A DNA stretch of 32,000 bases. Origin: Candidatus Saccharimonadota bacterium. Its GTDB lineage: Bacteria; Patescibacteriota; Saccharimonadia; Saccharimonadales; Saccharimonadaceae. Shown piece after piece: positions 18,365-25,125 of this stretch (positions within the stretch are counted from its first letter, which is position 1; the number at the start of each line of letters is the position of its first letter). Under the pieces are notes generated by a model. That model was given only the letters and a program-made list of their open reading frames with translations. It did not search any database and was not told the origin of the DNA. The translations under genes and the position numbers were made by a program. The stretch is from NCBI GenBank assembly GCA_023898645.1, contig CP060232.1:630001-662000 (forward strand), written 5' to 3'.

Positions 18365-18496
18365 ATGAAGCGCGCGCTCGGTGTAACGCTCGGCGTAACT
18401 ATCGGAGCTGCAGCATTCGTCGTCGTTGCTACATGGCACATCGTGGCCAATACGGGCAACGACATTGTTGACGACTCGGAACTATGGAGTAGGTGA
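18365..18496 (+). CDS. Candidate 43-aa single-TM peptide
   Basis: The ATG is preceded by ggagga. An extended -10 (tggtataat) lies at 18321-18329. The TM helix is LGVTLGVTIGAAAFVVVATW. Its stop overlaps the next ORF's GTG as GTGA. Confidence 0.45.
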   Translation: MKRALGVTLGVTIGAAAFVVVATWHIVANTGNDIVDDSELWSR

Positions 18497-18738
18497 CAAG
18501 AGTGTATTCAGTGCAAACCGCAACGGACACGGTTTCGTTTTCTACTACGACCAGGTCAACTCTCGACGGGGTGCCGGTCAAAGTCACAATCAGCATCACC
18601 GCCGATGACCAGCTAGAGCACTATTTCGACCGTCAATCGGTCGGAAGGCTCCCATCGGCAACAATTGAGACGCTCCGAATTCTCGGTGTCATCTACGATG
18701 GCAGCGAGCCGGAGGTCGAAGTGGACCGCAGCACTTAA
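18493..18738 (+). CDS. Hypothetical protein (81 aa)
   Basis: Translationally coupled to the upstream peptide and followed by a terminator. No family recognised. Confidence 0.45.
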   Translation: MTRVYSVQTATDTVSFSTTTRSTLDGVPVKVTISITADDQLEHYFDRQSVGRLPSATIETLRILGVIYDGSEPEVEVDRST

Positions 18739-18761
18739 GACGTAGGTCACACGACCACCCC

Positions 18762-18792
18762 ATGGGGCGGCTTATGTCGCCCCATTTTCATT
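18762..18792 (+). terminator. Rho-independent terminator
   Basis: An 8-bp stem atggggcg / cgccccat with an 8-nt loop, followed by tttcatt. Confidence 0.6.
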
Positions 18793-18825
18793 GGTAAGCA
18801 AAACCCAGCTATCACAAGCGTCATC

Positions 18826-18854
18826 TTGCTAAATATCGCTACATCTGTTATATT
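18826..18854 (+). promoter_or_regulatory. Sigma70-like promoter for rplK (TTGCTA-17 nt-TATATT)
   Basis: The -35 is at 18826-18831 and the -10 at 18849-18854. The leader contains an 8-bp stem actaaata / tatttagt. Confidence 0.5.
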
Positions 18855-18917
18855 CAGTAAGTTACGCACTAAATATTTACGCTTCAAAATAGTATTTAGT
18901 ACAAGGAAAATATCACT

Positions 18918-19343
18918 ATGGCCAAGAAAATTATTGGTAATCTAAAACTTCGCATCCCAGCTGGTCGCGCAACCGCAGGTCCTCCTGTTGGTAGCACGCT
19001 CGGTCAATGGGGCCTAAACATGATGGATTTCATCAATCCTTTTAATGACGCCACTAAAGGCGACATGGGTAAAGATGTTATCGTTCACATTCAGGTTTTC
19101 GAAGATCGCACATTCGCATGGAAGAGCCTCGGTCAGCCTGTAGACGACGCAATCCGCGCCGCTATCGGCATCCAAAAGGGTAGCGCCAAGCCGCATGCCG
19201 AAAAAGTCGGTAAGATTACTCGTGCACAGCTCGAAGAAATCGCCAAGGCAAAGATGGACCAGTTGAACGCAATCGACCTCGATGGCGCAGTCAAAACCAT
19301 CGCCGGAACCGCACGCAGCATGGGCGTCGAAATAGCCGACTAA
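18918..19343 (+). CDS. rplK: 50S ribosomal protein L11
   Basis: Begins MAKKIIGNLKLRIPAGRATAGPPVGSTLGQ... and has typical uL11 sequence over its full length. Confidence 0.95.
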   Translation: MAKKIIGNLKLRIPAGRATAGPPVGSTLGQWGLNMMDFINPFNDATKGDMGKDVIVHIQVFEDRTFAWKSLGQPVDDAIRAAIGIQKGSAKPHAEKVGKITRAQLEEIAKAKMDQLNAIDLDGAVKTIAGTARSMGVEIAD

Positions 19344-19371
19344 TATTGCAAAATTTGCAAATATAATGTAA

Positions 19372-19399
19372 AATACTCCTCAAATAAGAGGAGTATTTT
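19372..19399 (+). terminator. Hairpin after rplK (weak terminator) that sequesters the next gene's SD sequence
   Basis: A 10-bp stem aatactcctc / gaggagtatt with loop aaataa, followed only by ttc. The 3' arm contains the gaggag RBS of the GTG at 19401. Confidence 0.45.
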
Positions 19400-19400
19400 C

Positions 19401-19961
19401 GTGAGCATAGAAAACAACGACCACTTCAAACTCTGGGAATCGTCCTTTGACGCCCTCGAACTACCGGAAATGCCCAAAGATCCACTTGACGCAATCGTTG
19501 ACTACACAGCCGATCCAGTAGAATGCGCAAAAGAAATCCATAAATACTTGTATAAAAATCCGGAGGACGCACATTCATCGCTCATGCGACGCGGCCTTGC
19601 TAAATTAGCTTACAAATACTACGGACAATACCACGGGAAACAACTTGCAGTAGTGGCGGACGAAGCATTTGCTGTACCTGAAACCGACAAAACACATCGA
19701 AAGCGTGAAATACTTCAAACGTCACAATATTCAGGCACCATCTTTGCTCGTGGCAACATGGCGACTTTCCGAACAATTGACTTTCGTGATGGAGAAACAG
19801 GCGTTGAAAGCACCCTTATAACTTTATGCCTATCTGAGCCATATCTCATTAATGCAAATGGCGATATAAATACCGACCACGAGCTACCCGACTACCTGCT
19901 ACTCCCCATACAAAAAGTGCAGGAATACAAATTCAAACCAGACGAAATAGCAAATAGCTAG
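19401..19961 (+). CDS. Hypothetical protein (186 aa), paralogue A
   Basis: GTG start with a gaggag SD. The N-terminus MSIENNDHFKLWESS resembles that of the next ORF. Confidence 0.55.
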   Translation: MSIENNDHFKLWESSFDALELPEMPKDPLDAIVDYTADPVECAKEIHKYLYKNPEDAHSSLMRRGLAKLAYKYYGQYHGKQLAVVADEAFAVPETDKTHRKREILQTSQYSGTIFARGNMATFRTIDFRDGETGVESTLITLCLSEPYLINANGDINTDHELPDYLLLPIQKVQEYKFKPDEIANS

Positions 19962-20030
19962 ACTGGTTCAATAGGGCAGGTGCTTGCCTATAGTTGCAGC
20001 GAGGATTATCATAAAAAAAAGGAGTACGCT

Positions 20031-20510
20031 ATGTCAGAATCAGATTTCAGCCTATGGGAAAAGGAACAGTCAGCTGGAGACAAAGAACTAAAAGTCATTC
20101 AGCATACACTCGACTTAGCACAGGAGCTCCAACTAAACCTCGTCAATCAGCCGCCCGACTTCCGTAAAGACATGGGGATCGAGGCACTCAAACTGCTTAA
20201 CGGCCACCCGAACAATCTAAAACATCGCGACTTTGCGGTACATGTCCAGCACGCATACCTTCACTTGCGCCCAAAAGCACCCGAAGATCCAGCCCACACT
20301 CTACACTACGGAGAAATGCGACTCATAGGCAGAATCGGATATTACGTGCTCCAAGGGCTTTCAGACGCTGACTACATTCTATCCCTGCAGCTTTTCGACC
20401 CAAAACAACTGGAATGTCGTAACATAGAGGACAAAATATCTGCTCGTCTGCCCGAACCGTTGTCGCTTCCCGTAGCAGCATTCATCGATCCGCCCATTCT
20501 TATCAAGTAG
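20031..20510 (+). CDS. Hypothetical protein (159 aa), paralogue B
   Basis: I chose the ATG at 20031, which is preceded by aaggag. The N-terminus MSESDFSLWEKE is similar to that of paralogue A. Confidence 0.55.
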   Translation: MSESDFSLWEKEQSAGDKELKVIQHTLDLAQELQLNLVNQPPDFRKDMGIEALKLLNGHPNNLKHRDFAVHVQHAYLHLRPKAPEDPAHTLHYGEMRLIGRIGYYVLQGLSDADYILSLQLFDPKQLECRNIEDKISARLPEPLSLPVAAFIDPPILIK

Positions 20511-20552
20511 CACAGCCAACGGGCCCCGCGCATTTGGATGCACGAGCCGACT

Positions 20553-22211
20553 CTAGAAGTGATCGCGAATATGCGAGAAGCTATAATCCCACTTGGCGTT
20601 CGCCTTTTTGTGCGGATTAAAGATATGTAGCGGGTCGAAGATGTTTTTAGTGTCACGGAAAAGTTGCATTATTTCCTTGCCATACATCTGTTCCAACCAA
20701 GGGCCACGCACTAGTCCGTCATTATGTTCGCCGCTGAGTGACCCTTTATATTTCAGTACCAGCGTATTAACTTCCTTCATAGCAGGCAAAATCTTCTTGC
20801 GGTCTTTTGGATCCTCAAGTTTCATAAGTGGAATGATATGGAAGTTACCGTCGCCCATGTGCCCAGCGATAGTAGCGAACAACTTATATTTCTTTATAAT
20901 ACGGCGTATCTTAGGCAAAAACTCTGACAAATATTCAGGGTTTACAACCAAATCGTCAATAAATGGAGCCGTGTGCTTGTCGCGCACCTTGCTGCGAAGT
21001 AGCTGGAAGCTTCGGCGACGCATAATCCAAAACTTCTCACTCGAACCTTCCGTAGGGTCTTCTTCAAAACCATTGATTTCATATCGTGCCTTTAGGTGCG
21101 ACAAATCTTTGTGTAGTTGACGCACTTTATGTCGAACTTCTTCTTCAGTGTTGCCATTAAACTCGACCATGAGGATGAGCTTTGGTATACCGTGCAGAAG
21201 CTGCAGCCCATCAGGAATCAAACTAAGGAGCAGGTGAATGAATTTAACTGGACCGAGCATTTTCAGGAAACTCGGCATAAACTTTATACTAAGCCAAAGA
21301 GTTTGGTCATCAAAGCTCTCAAACGTAGCTGGTTTATGTTCGAGCACCTTTGGTATCAGTTCTCCCAACTCATCAATATCTTTCATAAATAACACCAGCA
21401 GGCCTGAGTGCTTTTGACGCGGAACCAACTGCAACGTCGCTTCAGTCACAAACCCAAGCGTACCTTGTGCGCCAATGATAGCTTGCGTTAGGTCAAACAC
21501 GCCAGTTTCTCGGTCCCATACATTCCACAAATTGTAGCCGGTTGAGTTTTTGCTCACGTTTGGTTTGGCTGCCTTGATCTTGTCGTAGTTTTTTTCGATC
21601 AGTTCGTAGAGATCTTTATAAACTTTACCCTCGAAATCTTTTTGCTTCATCTTGGCATCGAGTTCACTCTTATTAAGCGGCTTAACGACTCGCTCTACGC
21701 CGTCAGCAAACACAAACTTCATGTGTGGCACATACTTTTCTGTCTTGCCAAATTCCAGCGACTTTTCGCCACCAGAGTTGTTGTTGACCATACCGCCAAC
21801 CGAGCATAAATCACGGCTAGCAGGGTAGGAAGGCAGAAGAAAATCACCGGTCTTTTTGTCAAAATCGCGGAAGAAAATTCCAGGCTGAGTTGTTGCTTTG
21901 TCATGTTTTTGATCGATAAATTTGTTGAGATGCCTTTGAAAGTCAACGATGATCGATTCATTTATGGCAGCGCCAGACATGTCGGTACCGGCACTACGAG
22001 CCGTCAGCGACAGGTGAGGATCGTGTGCTTTGCGTTCCGCGACAATTTTGACCGCAGCTTCAACGTCTTTACTTGTTTTAGGAGCAATGACTAGTTTTGG
22101 TACAACCTCGAACATACTAGCGTCGTGCGAATATGCGTCGAGCGTGGCAGGGGCGTCATCGACATCACCCTTAAAGCCACTTTGAGCAAGTGCTTGTTTG
22201 ATTTCTTCCAT
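20553..22211 (-). CDS. FAD-linked oxidase (GlcD / FAD_binding_4 family)
   Basis: The length, the N-terminal FAD-binding region (LTARSAGTDMSGAAI) and the C-terminal GSLSGEHNDGLVR are typical of the FAD-linked oxidase family. A -10-like tatgat lies only ~7 nt upstream of the ATG. Confidence 0.75.
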   Translation of the reverse strand: MEEIKQALAQSGFKGDVDDAPATLDAYSHDASMFEVVPKLVIAPKTSKDVEAAVKIVAERKAHDPHLSLTARSAGTDMSGAAINESIIVDFQRHLNKFIDQKHDKATTQPGIFFRDFDKKTGDFLLPSYPASRDLCSVGGMVNNNSGGEKSLEFGKTEKYVPHMKFVFADGVERVVKPLNKSELDAKMKQKDFEGKVYKDLYELIEKNYDKIKAAKPNVSKNSTGYNLWNVWDRETGVFDLTQAIIGAQGTLGFVTEATLQLVPRQKHSGLLVLFMKDIDELGELIPKVLEHKPATFESFDDQTLWLSIKFMPSFLKMLGPVKFIHLLLSLIPDGLQLLHGIPKLILMVEFNGNTEEEVRHKVRQLHKDLSHLKARYEINGFEEDPTEGSSEKFWIMRRRSFQLLRSKVRDKHTAPFIDDLVVNPEYLSEFLPKIRRIIKKYKLFATIAGHMGDGNFHIIPLMKLEDPKDRKKILPAMKEVNTLVLKYKGSLSGEHNDGLVRGPWLEQMYGKEIMQLFRDTKNIFDPLHIFNPHKKANAKWDYSFSHIRDHF

Positions 22212-22256
22212 AAGTCAATCATAGCATAAGCGTCACAATCATAATGCCCAGATATG

Positions 22257-22278
22257 AAAAAACACCCCCGAAGGGGTG
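22257..22278 (-). terminator. Rho-independent terminator (unit A)
   Basis: On the minus strand: cacccc-ttcg-ggggtg followed by tttttt. Confidence 0.75.
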
Positions 22279-22298
22279 TGGAATAAGTGAAATTGGGC

Positions 22299-22337
22299 GG
22301 ATTCCCCGGCGTGCCGAAACGGCACACCGGGGAATCC
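22299..22337 (-). repeat. Long GC hairpin (unit A 3' UTR), 18-bp stem with one mismatch
   Basis: The sequence is ggattccccggcgtgccg-aaa-cggcacaccggggaatcc. Confidence 0.8.
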
Positions 22338-22378
22338 TATCCTGTCACGGCGGTCTTCGGTGGACGTTTCGTCCGGAT

Positions 22379-22606
22379 TTAATCGGCAGAGTCGAAGGCG
22401 ATGCCGTTCAAACTCAGACGCTCTGCTAGCTTCGAATTGAATCGAGGCTCCAGCAGGATATTCAGGATAACCATACGCGCAAGCTCGTCCTTCAGACGAA
22501 TGAAGTCACTCTCGGTCATGCTAGCGGGCTCTTCCTCAATGGTATCGAGGGCGGCACCGATTCTATCGATTGCGGCCGAAATTGGCGTACGTCGTTGGTC
22601 GGTCAT
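22379..22606 (-). CDS. Hypothetical small acidic protein (75 aa)
   Basis: The ATG is preceded by gaaaggacgg. The gene has its own promoter and terminator. No family recognised. Confidence 0.55.
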   Translation of the reverse strand: MTDQRRTPISAAIDRIGAALDTIEEEPASMTESDFIRLKDELARMVILNILLEPRFNSKLAERLSLNGIAFDSAD

Positions 22607-22708
22607 GAACCGTCCTTTCGTAGTATCTCCACATTTTCACTCATCTAAAAGTTCGTTCGCAGCCAGAACAGATAAAATATCTGATTCCGAACGACGAAAC
22701 TGCTAGCT

Positions 22709-22737
22709 ACTATAGCATAATCGCCAAGTCTGGTCAA
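22709..22737 (-). promoter_or_regulatory. Promoter, minus strand: TTGACC-17 nt-TGcTATAGT
   Basis: On the + strand, ggtcaa is at 22732-22737 and actata at 22709-22714, with an exact 17-nt spacer. Confidence 0.65.
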
Positions 22738-22744
22738 TCGGCAT

Positions 22745-22766
22745 AAAAAATCCGCCATAAGGCGGA
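22745..22766 (-). terminator. Rho-independent terminator (unit C)
   Basis: On the minus strand: tccgcc-ttat-ggcgga followed by tttttt. It lies 7 nt before the next -35. Confidence 0.75.
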
Positions 22767-22799
22767 AAAGTATGACAGTGGAAGCATAAAGCGGGTGGC

Positions 22800-22832
22800 G
22801 TCCCGGTGCGGTCTCATGACTCGCACCGGGAC
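22800..22832 (-). repeat. Long GC hairpin (unit C 3' UTR), 11-bp stem
   Basis: The stem is gtcccggtgcg / cgcaccgggac with an 11-nt loop. Confidence 0.8.
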
Positions 22833-22843
22833 ACCCAGCTAGC

Positions 22844-22993
22844 TCAGACGAAATCGTCGTCGCTGACGTAGGTGATGTCGTTGAGCTTGCTGACCCAGCT
22901 GAGGTCGTCAGAATCCAGAACGACAGCCTTCTTGATCGAGAACTTCGTACCCGGAAACAGTTCGAGCTGTTCCGGAGCGTCGCTATTGGGCAT
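22844..22993 (-). CDS. Candidate small acidic protein (49 aa): MPNSDAPEQLELFPGTKFSIKKAVVLDSDDLSWVSKLNDITYVSDDDFV
   Basis: Below the ORF-track cutoff. The ATG is preceded by gaaagggg. It lies between a consensus promoter and a terminator. The overlapping 141-aa track ORF (22645..23070) is low-complexity and spans the promoter and terminator. Confidence 0.5.
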   Translation of the reverse strand: MPNSDAPEQLELFPGTKFSIKKAVVLDSDDLSWVSKLNDITYVSDDDFV

Positions 22994-23095
22994 GATAGCC
23001 CCTTTCTGGTTGAGTTGCTTCCACTGTCAAATGTCGATTTCGCCCGACACTGACAATGAAATGATTTCACGTCCGTCTTTGACGAAACTGCCAGA

Positions 23096-23124
23096 ATTAT
23101 AGCATAAGTTCATTGAAAAGTCAA
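23096..23124 (-). promoter_or_regulatory. Consensus promoter, minus strand: TTGACT-17 nt-TGcTATAAT
   Basis: On the + strand, agtcaa is at 23119-23124 and attata at 23096-23101, followed by gca. The spacer is exactly 17 nt. Confidence 0.7.
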
Positions 23125-23140
23125 TTACATCAGGGTATTT

Positions 23141-23162
23141 AAAAACCACCCCGTAAGGTGGT
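23141..23162 (-). terminator. Rho-independent terminator (unit B, after the MFS gene)
   Basis: On the minus strand: accacc-ttacgg-ggtggt followed by ttttt. Confidence 0.7.
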
Positions 23163-23190
23163 TATAGACAAGTGAAAGCATGAGTTGAGC

Positions 23191-23225
23191 GGACAGTCCG
23201 GCGCGCAATGCACACCGGACTGTCC
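23191..23225 (-). repeat. Long GC hairpin (unit B 3' UTR), 11-bp stem
   Basis: The stem is ggacagtccgg / ccggactgtcc with a 13-nt loop. Confidence 0.8.
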
Positions 23226-23304
23226 TGTCGCAAAACACCCTAGGATGACTACGAATTGACTTCATTTCTTGACCGAAACAAGGAAGTGCCTTTGAGTATA
23301 GGCA

Positions 23305-24891
23305 TCAAACCATCGCCTCGACTTTCGCCATTTCGCCTGTCTTTCCATAATCTAGAGTGGTTTTGAACGGCGTTTCCCGGAGGAAAAGCAGTACAATGAA
23401 CGCCACTACAACAAGAGGTGTGATCCAGAGGAAAATTGGCGTCAACGCATCACTATACGACTCCAGGATGGCGCTTCGAACCGTGCTTGGCAACATTTTG
23501 ACGACCGCTGGAGTTAGCGAACCTTGTCCACCACTGCCAATTGACGCTCCGGGTAACCTTTCTGCAATTTGATCTTTCAAGTTTGTCACAAACAACGAAC
23601 CGATAAACGACGCGCCCAGTGCCGAACCGATTGTACGGAAATATATGTTCGTCGAATTTCCCGTACCAGACATCATGAGCGGCACTTCGTTACGCACGAT
23701 TGCCATCAGAGTCTGCATGGTCATACCCATGCCGGCTCCCATGACGCCAAGATACACACAGATGTGCCAAATCGCTGTCGTTGCCGTAAGGGTAGATAGC
23801 AGAACCAAACCAACACCCATGACTGCCATACCCGAAAGCGGCGCCCACTTATAACGCTTCGTGCGAGTGATGATGATATTGACTGTATTTGAGACTACTA
23901 GCATGCCACCCACTAGCGGCAGCATGTAAACACCCGACATCGTCGCACTAGTGCCCGTTGCCATCTGAAGATACGTTGGCAAATACGCCAACGTCCCCAT
24001 CATCACGACACCCAGCACAAGACCCGCTACCGTCACTAACGAAAAGTTACGGTTCTTGAACAAAAAAAGTGGCATGACAGGATCTTCTACCAGCCTGCGT
24101 TCAACAATAACGAACAGGATAGCACTTACAACTGCGCTAACAATCAACCAAATGATTGCCGGCGAGCCCCATGCGTACTTCGACCCGCCCCAGGTTGTCG
24201 CGAGAACTATTGAAGTCGACGCTAAACTCAGCAGGATGATCCCGTACGTATCGAATTTCGGCCGAACCTTTGGCACTGGCAGCTTTGGCACGAATGCCAC
24301 AATAGCGGCTAACGCGAGCGCGCCAACCGGCAGATTTAACCAAAATACCCATCGCCAGTTCGTCATAACACCAAAAATATGCGTGTCATGAACCGTAGAC
24401 AAAAAGCCTCCGATAAGCGGACCGACGACGAACGAAACGCCGAATGTCAGACCAAAAAGCGGCGTATACTTTCTCATTTTGTCTGGTGGAGCAATGTGGC
24501 TCATTACCGCCATAGCAAGTACCATCAGACTACCGCCACCGAGACCCTGGACGAACCGCCCAATAATCAGCAGCGTCATGTTCGTTGCTAGCGCACTCAT
24601 TGTTGACCCGACCAAAAACACCAGGACTGCAGTGATAAACATGCGCTTATGACCAAACAAGTCGCCTAGTTTTCCGCATATGGGCAGCACAACGGCCGAA
24701 GCCAACATATATGCCGTTATTACTAGCGACATACTCTCAACGCCATTCAAATCACCGACAATCGTCGGCAATGCGGCTCCAGCTACTGTTTGATCGAGCA
24801 CGCCAAGAAACATCCCGGCGATAAGACCAAACAAAACTGTGAGAATCGCCCGATGGCTCAAACCCACCGATACATCTTGAGAATTGCTCAT
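23305..24891 (-). CDS. MFS transporter, 14-TMS DHA2 (EmrB/QacA-like) drug:H+ antiporter family
   Basis: At 528 aa it has about 14 hydrophobic helices and the motif-A-like GKLGDLFGHKRMF. The SD sequence is agagagg. Confidence 0.8.
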   Translation of the reverse strand: MSNSQDVSVGLSHRAILTVLFGLIAGMFLGVLDQTVAGAALPTIVGDLNGVESMSLVITAYMLASAVVLPICGKLGDLFGHKRMFITAVLVFLVGSTMSALATNMTLLIIGRFVQGLGGGSLMVLAMAVMSHIAPPDKMRKYTPLFGLTFGVSFVVGPLIGGFLSTVHDTHIFGVMTNWRWVFWLNLPVGALALAAIVAFVPKLPVPKVRPKFDTYGIILLSLASTSIVLATTWGGSKYAWGSPAIIWLIVSAVVSAILFVIVERRLVEDPVMPLFLFKNRNFSLVTVAGLVLGVVMMGTLAYLPTYLQMATGTSATMSGVYMLPLVGGMLVVSNTVNIIITRTKRYKWAPLSGMAVMGVGLVLLSTLTATTAIWHICVYLGVMGAGMGMTMQTLMAIVRNEVPLMMSGTGNSTNIYFRTIGSALGASFIGSLFVTNLKDQIAERLPGASIGSGGQGSLTPAVVKMLPSTVRSAILESYSDALTPIFLWITPLVVVAFIVLLFLRETPFKTTLDYGKTGEMAKVEAMV

Positions 24892-24993
24892 TGTCGCAAC
24901 CTCTCTGCTTTGCTTTCACTTGTCAAAGGGCTTCATCGCCCCGACATATGAAAAAACCAATTTCCACACTCGCCGGGTGACGAAGATGGCATA

Positions 24994-25022
24994 ACTATAC
25001 TTTTTATTGCATTATAGGTCAA
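24994..25022 (-). promoter_or_regulatory. Promoter of the MFS unit, minus strand: TTGACC-17 nt-TATAGT
   Basis: On the + strand, ggtcaa is at 25017-25022 and actata at 24994-24999, with a 17-nt spacer. Confidence 0.6.
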
Positions 25023-25028
25023 TGAGTC

Positions 25029-25057
25029 TAGACATTTTACCTCTGTTTTGCTATGAT
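25029..25057 (+). promoter_or_regulatory. Promoter for rplA (TAGACA-17 nt-TGcTATGAT), divergent from the MFS promoter
   Basis: The -35 is at 25029-25034 and the -10 at 25052-25057 with an upstream TG. The leader contains a ggtag-caaaa-ctacc hairpin. Confidence 0.5.
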
Positions 25058-25125
25058 TAGTCCATACAAATCAATGTTGGGAGGTAGCAAAACTACCGCT
25101 TGCACCACAGAAAGGGTTTACACCT

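Noticed and set aside
20593-21392. + strand ORFs 20593..21120 and 21117..21392
   Set aside because: They are antisense to the well-supported FAD-linked oxidase CDS.
22645-23070. 141-aa minus-strand ORF from the track
   Set aside because: The sequence is low-complexity Ser/Arg-rich. It spans a terminator, a consensus promoter and the leader of the next unit. The 49-aa ORF in another frame has an RBS and fits the promoter/terminator layout.
23225-23304. Small ORF (MKSIRSHPRVF...) in the MFS 3' UTR
   Set aside because: It reads straight through the long GC hairpin and the terminator and has no RBS.
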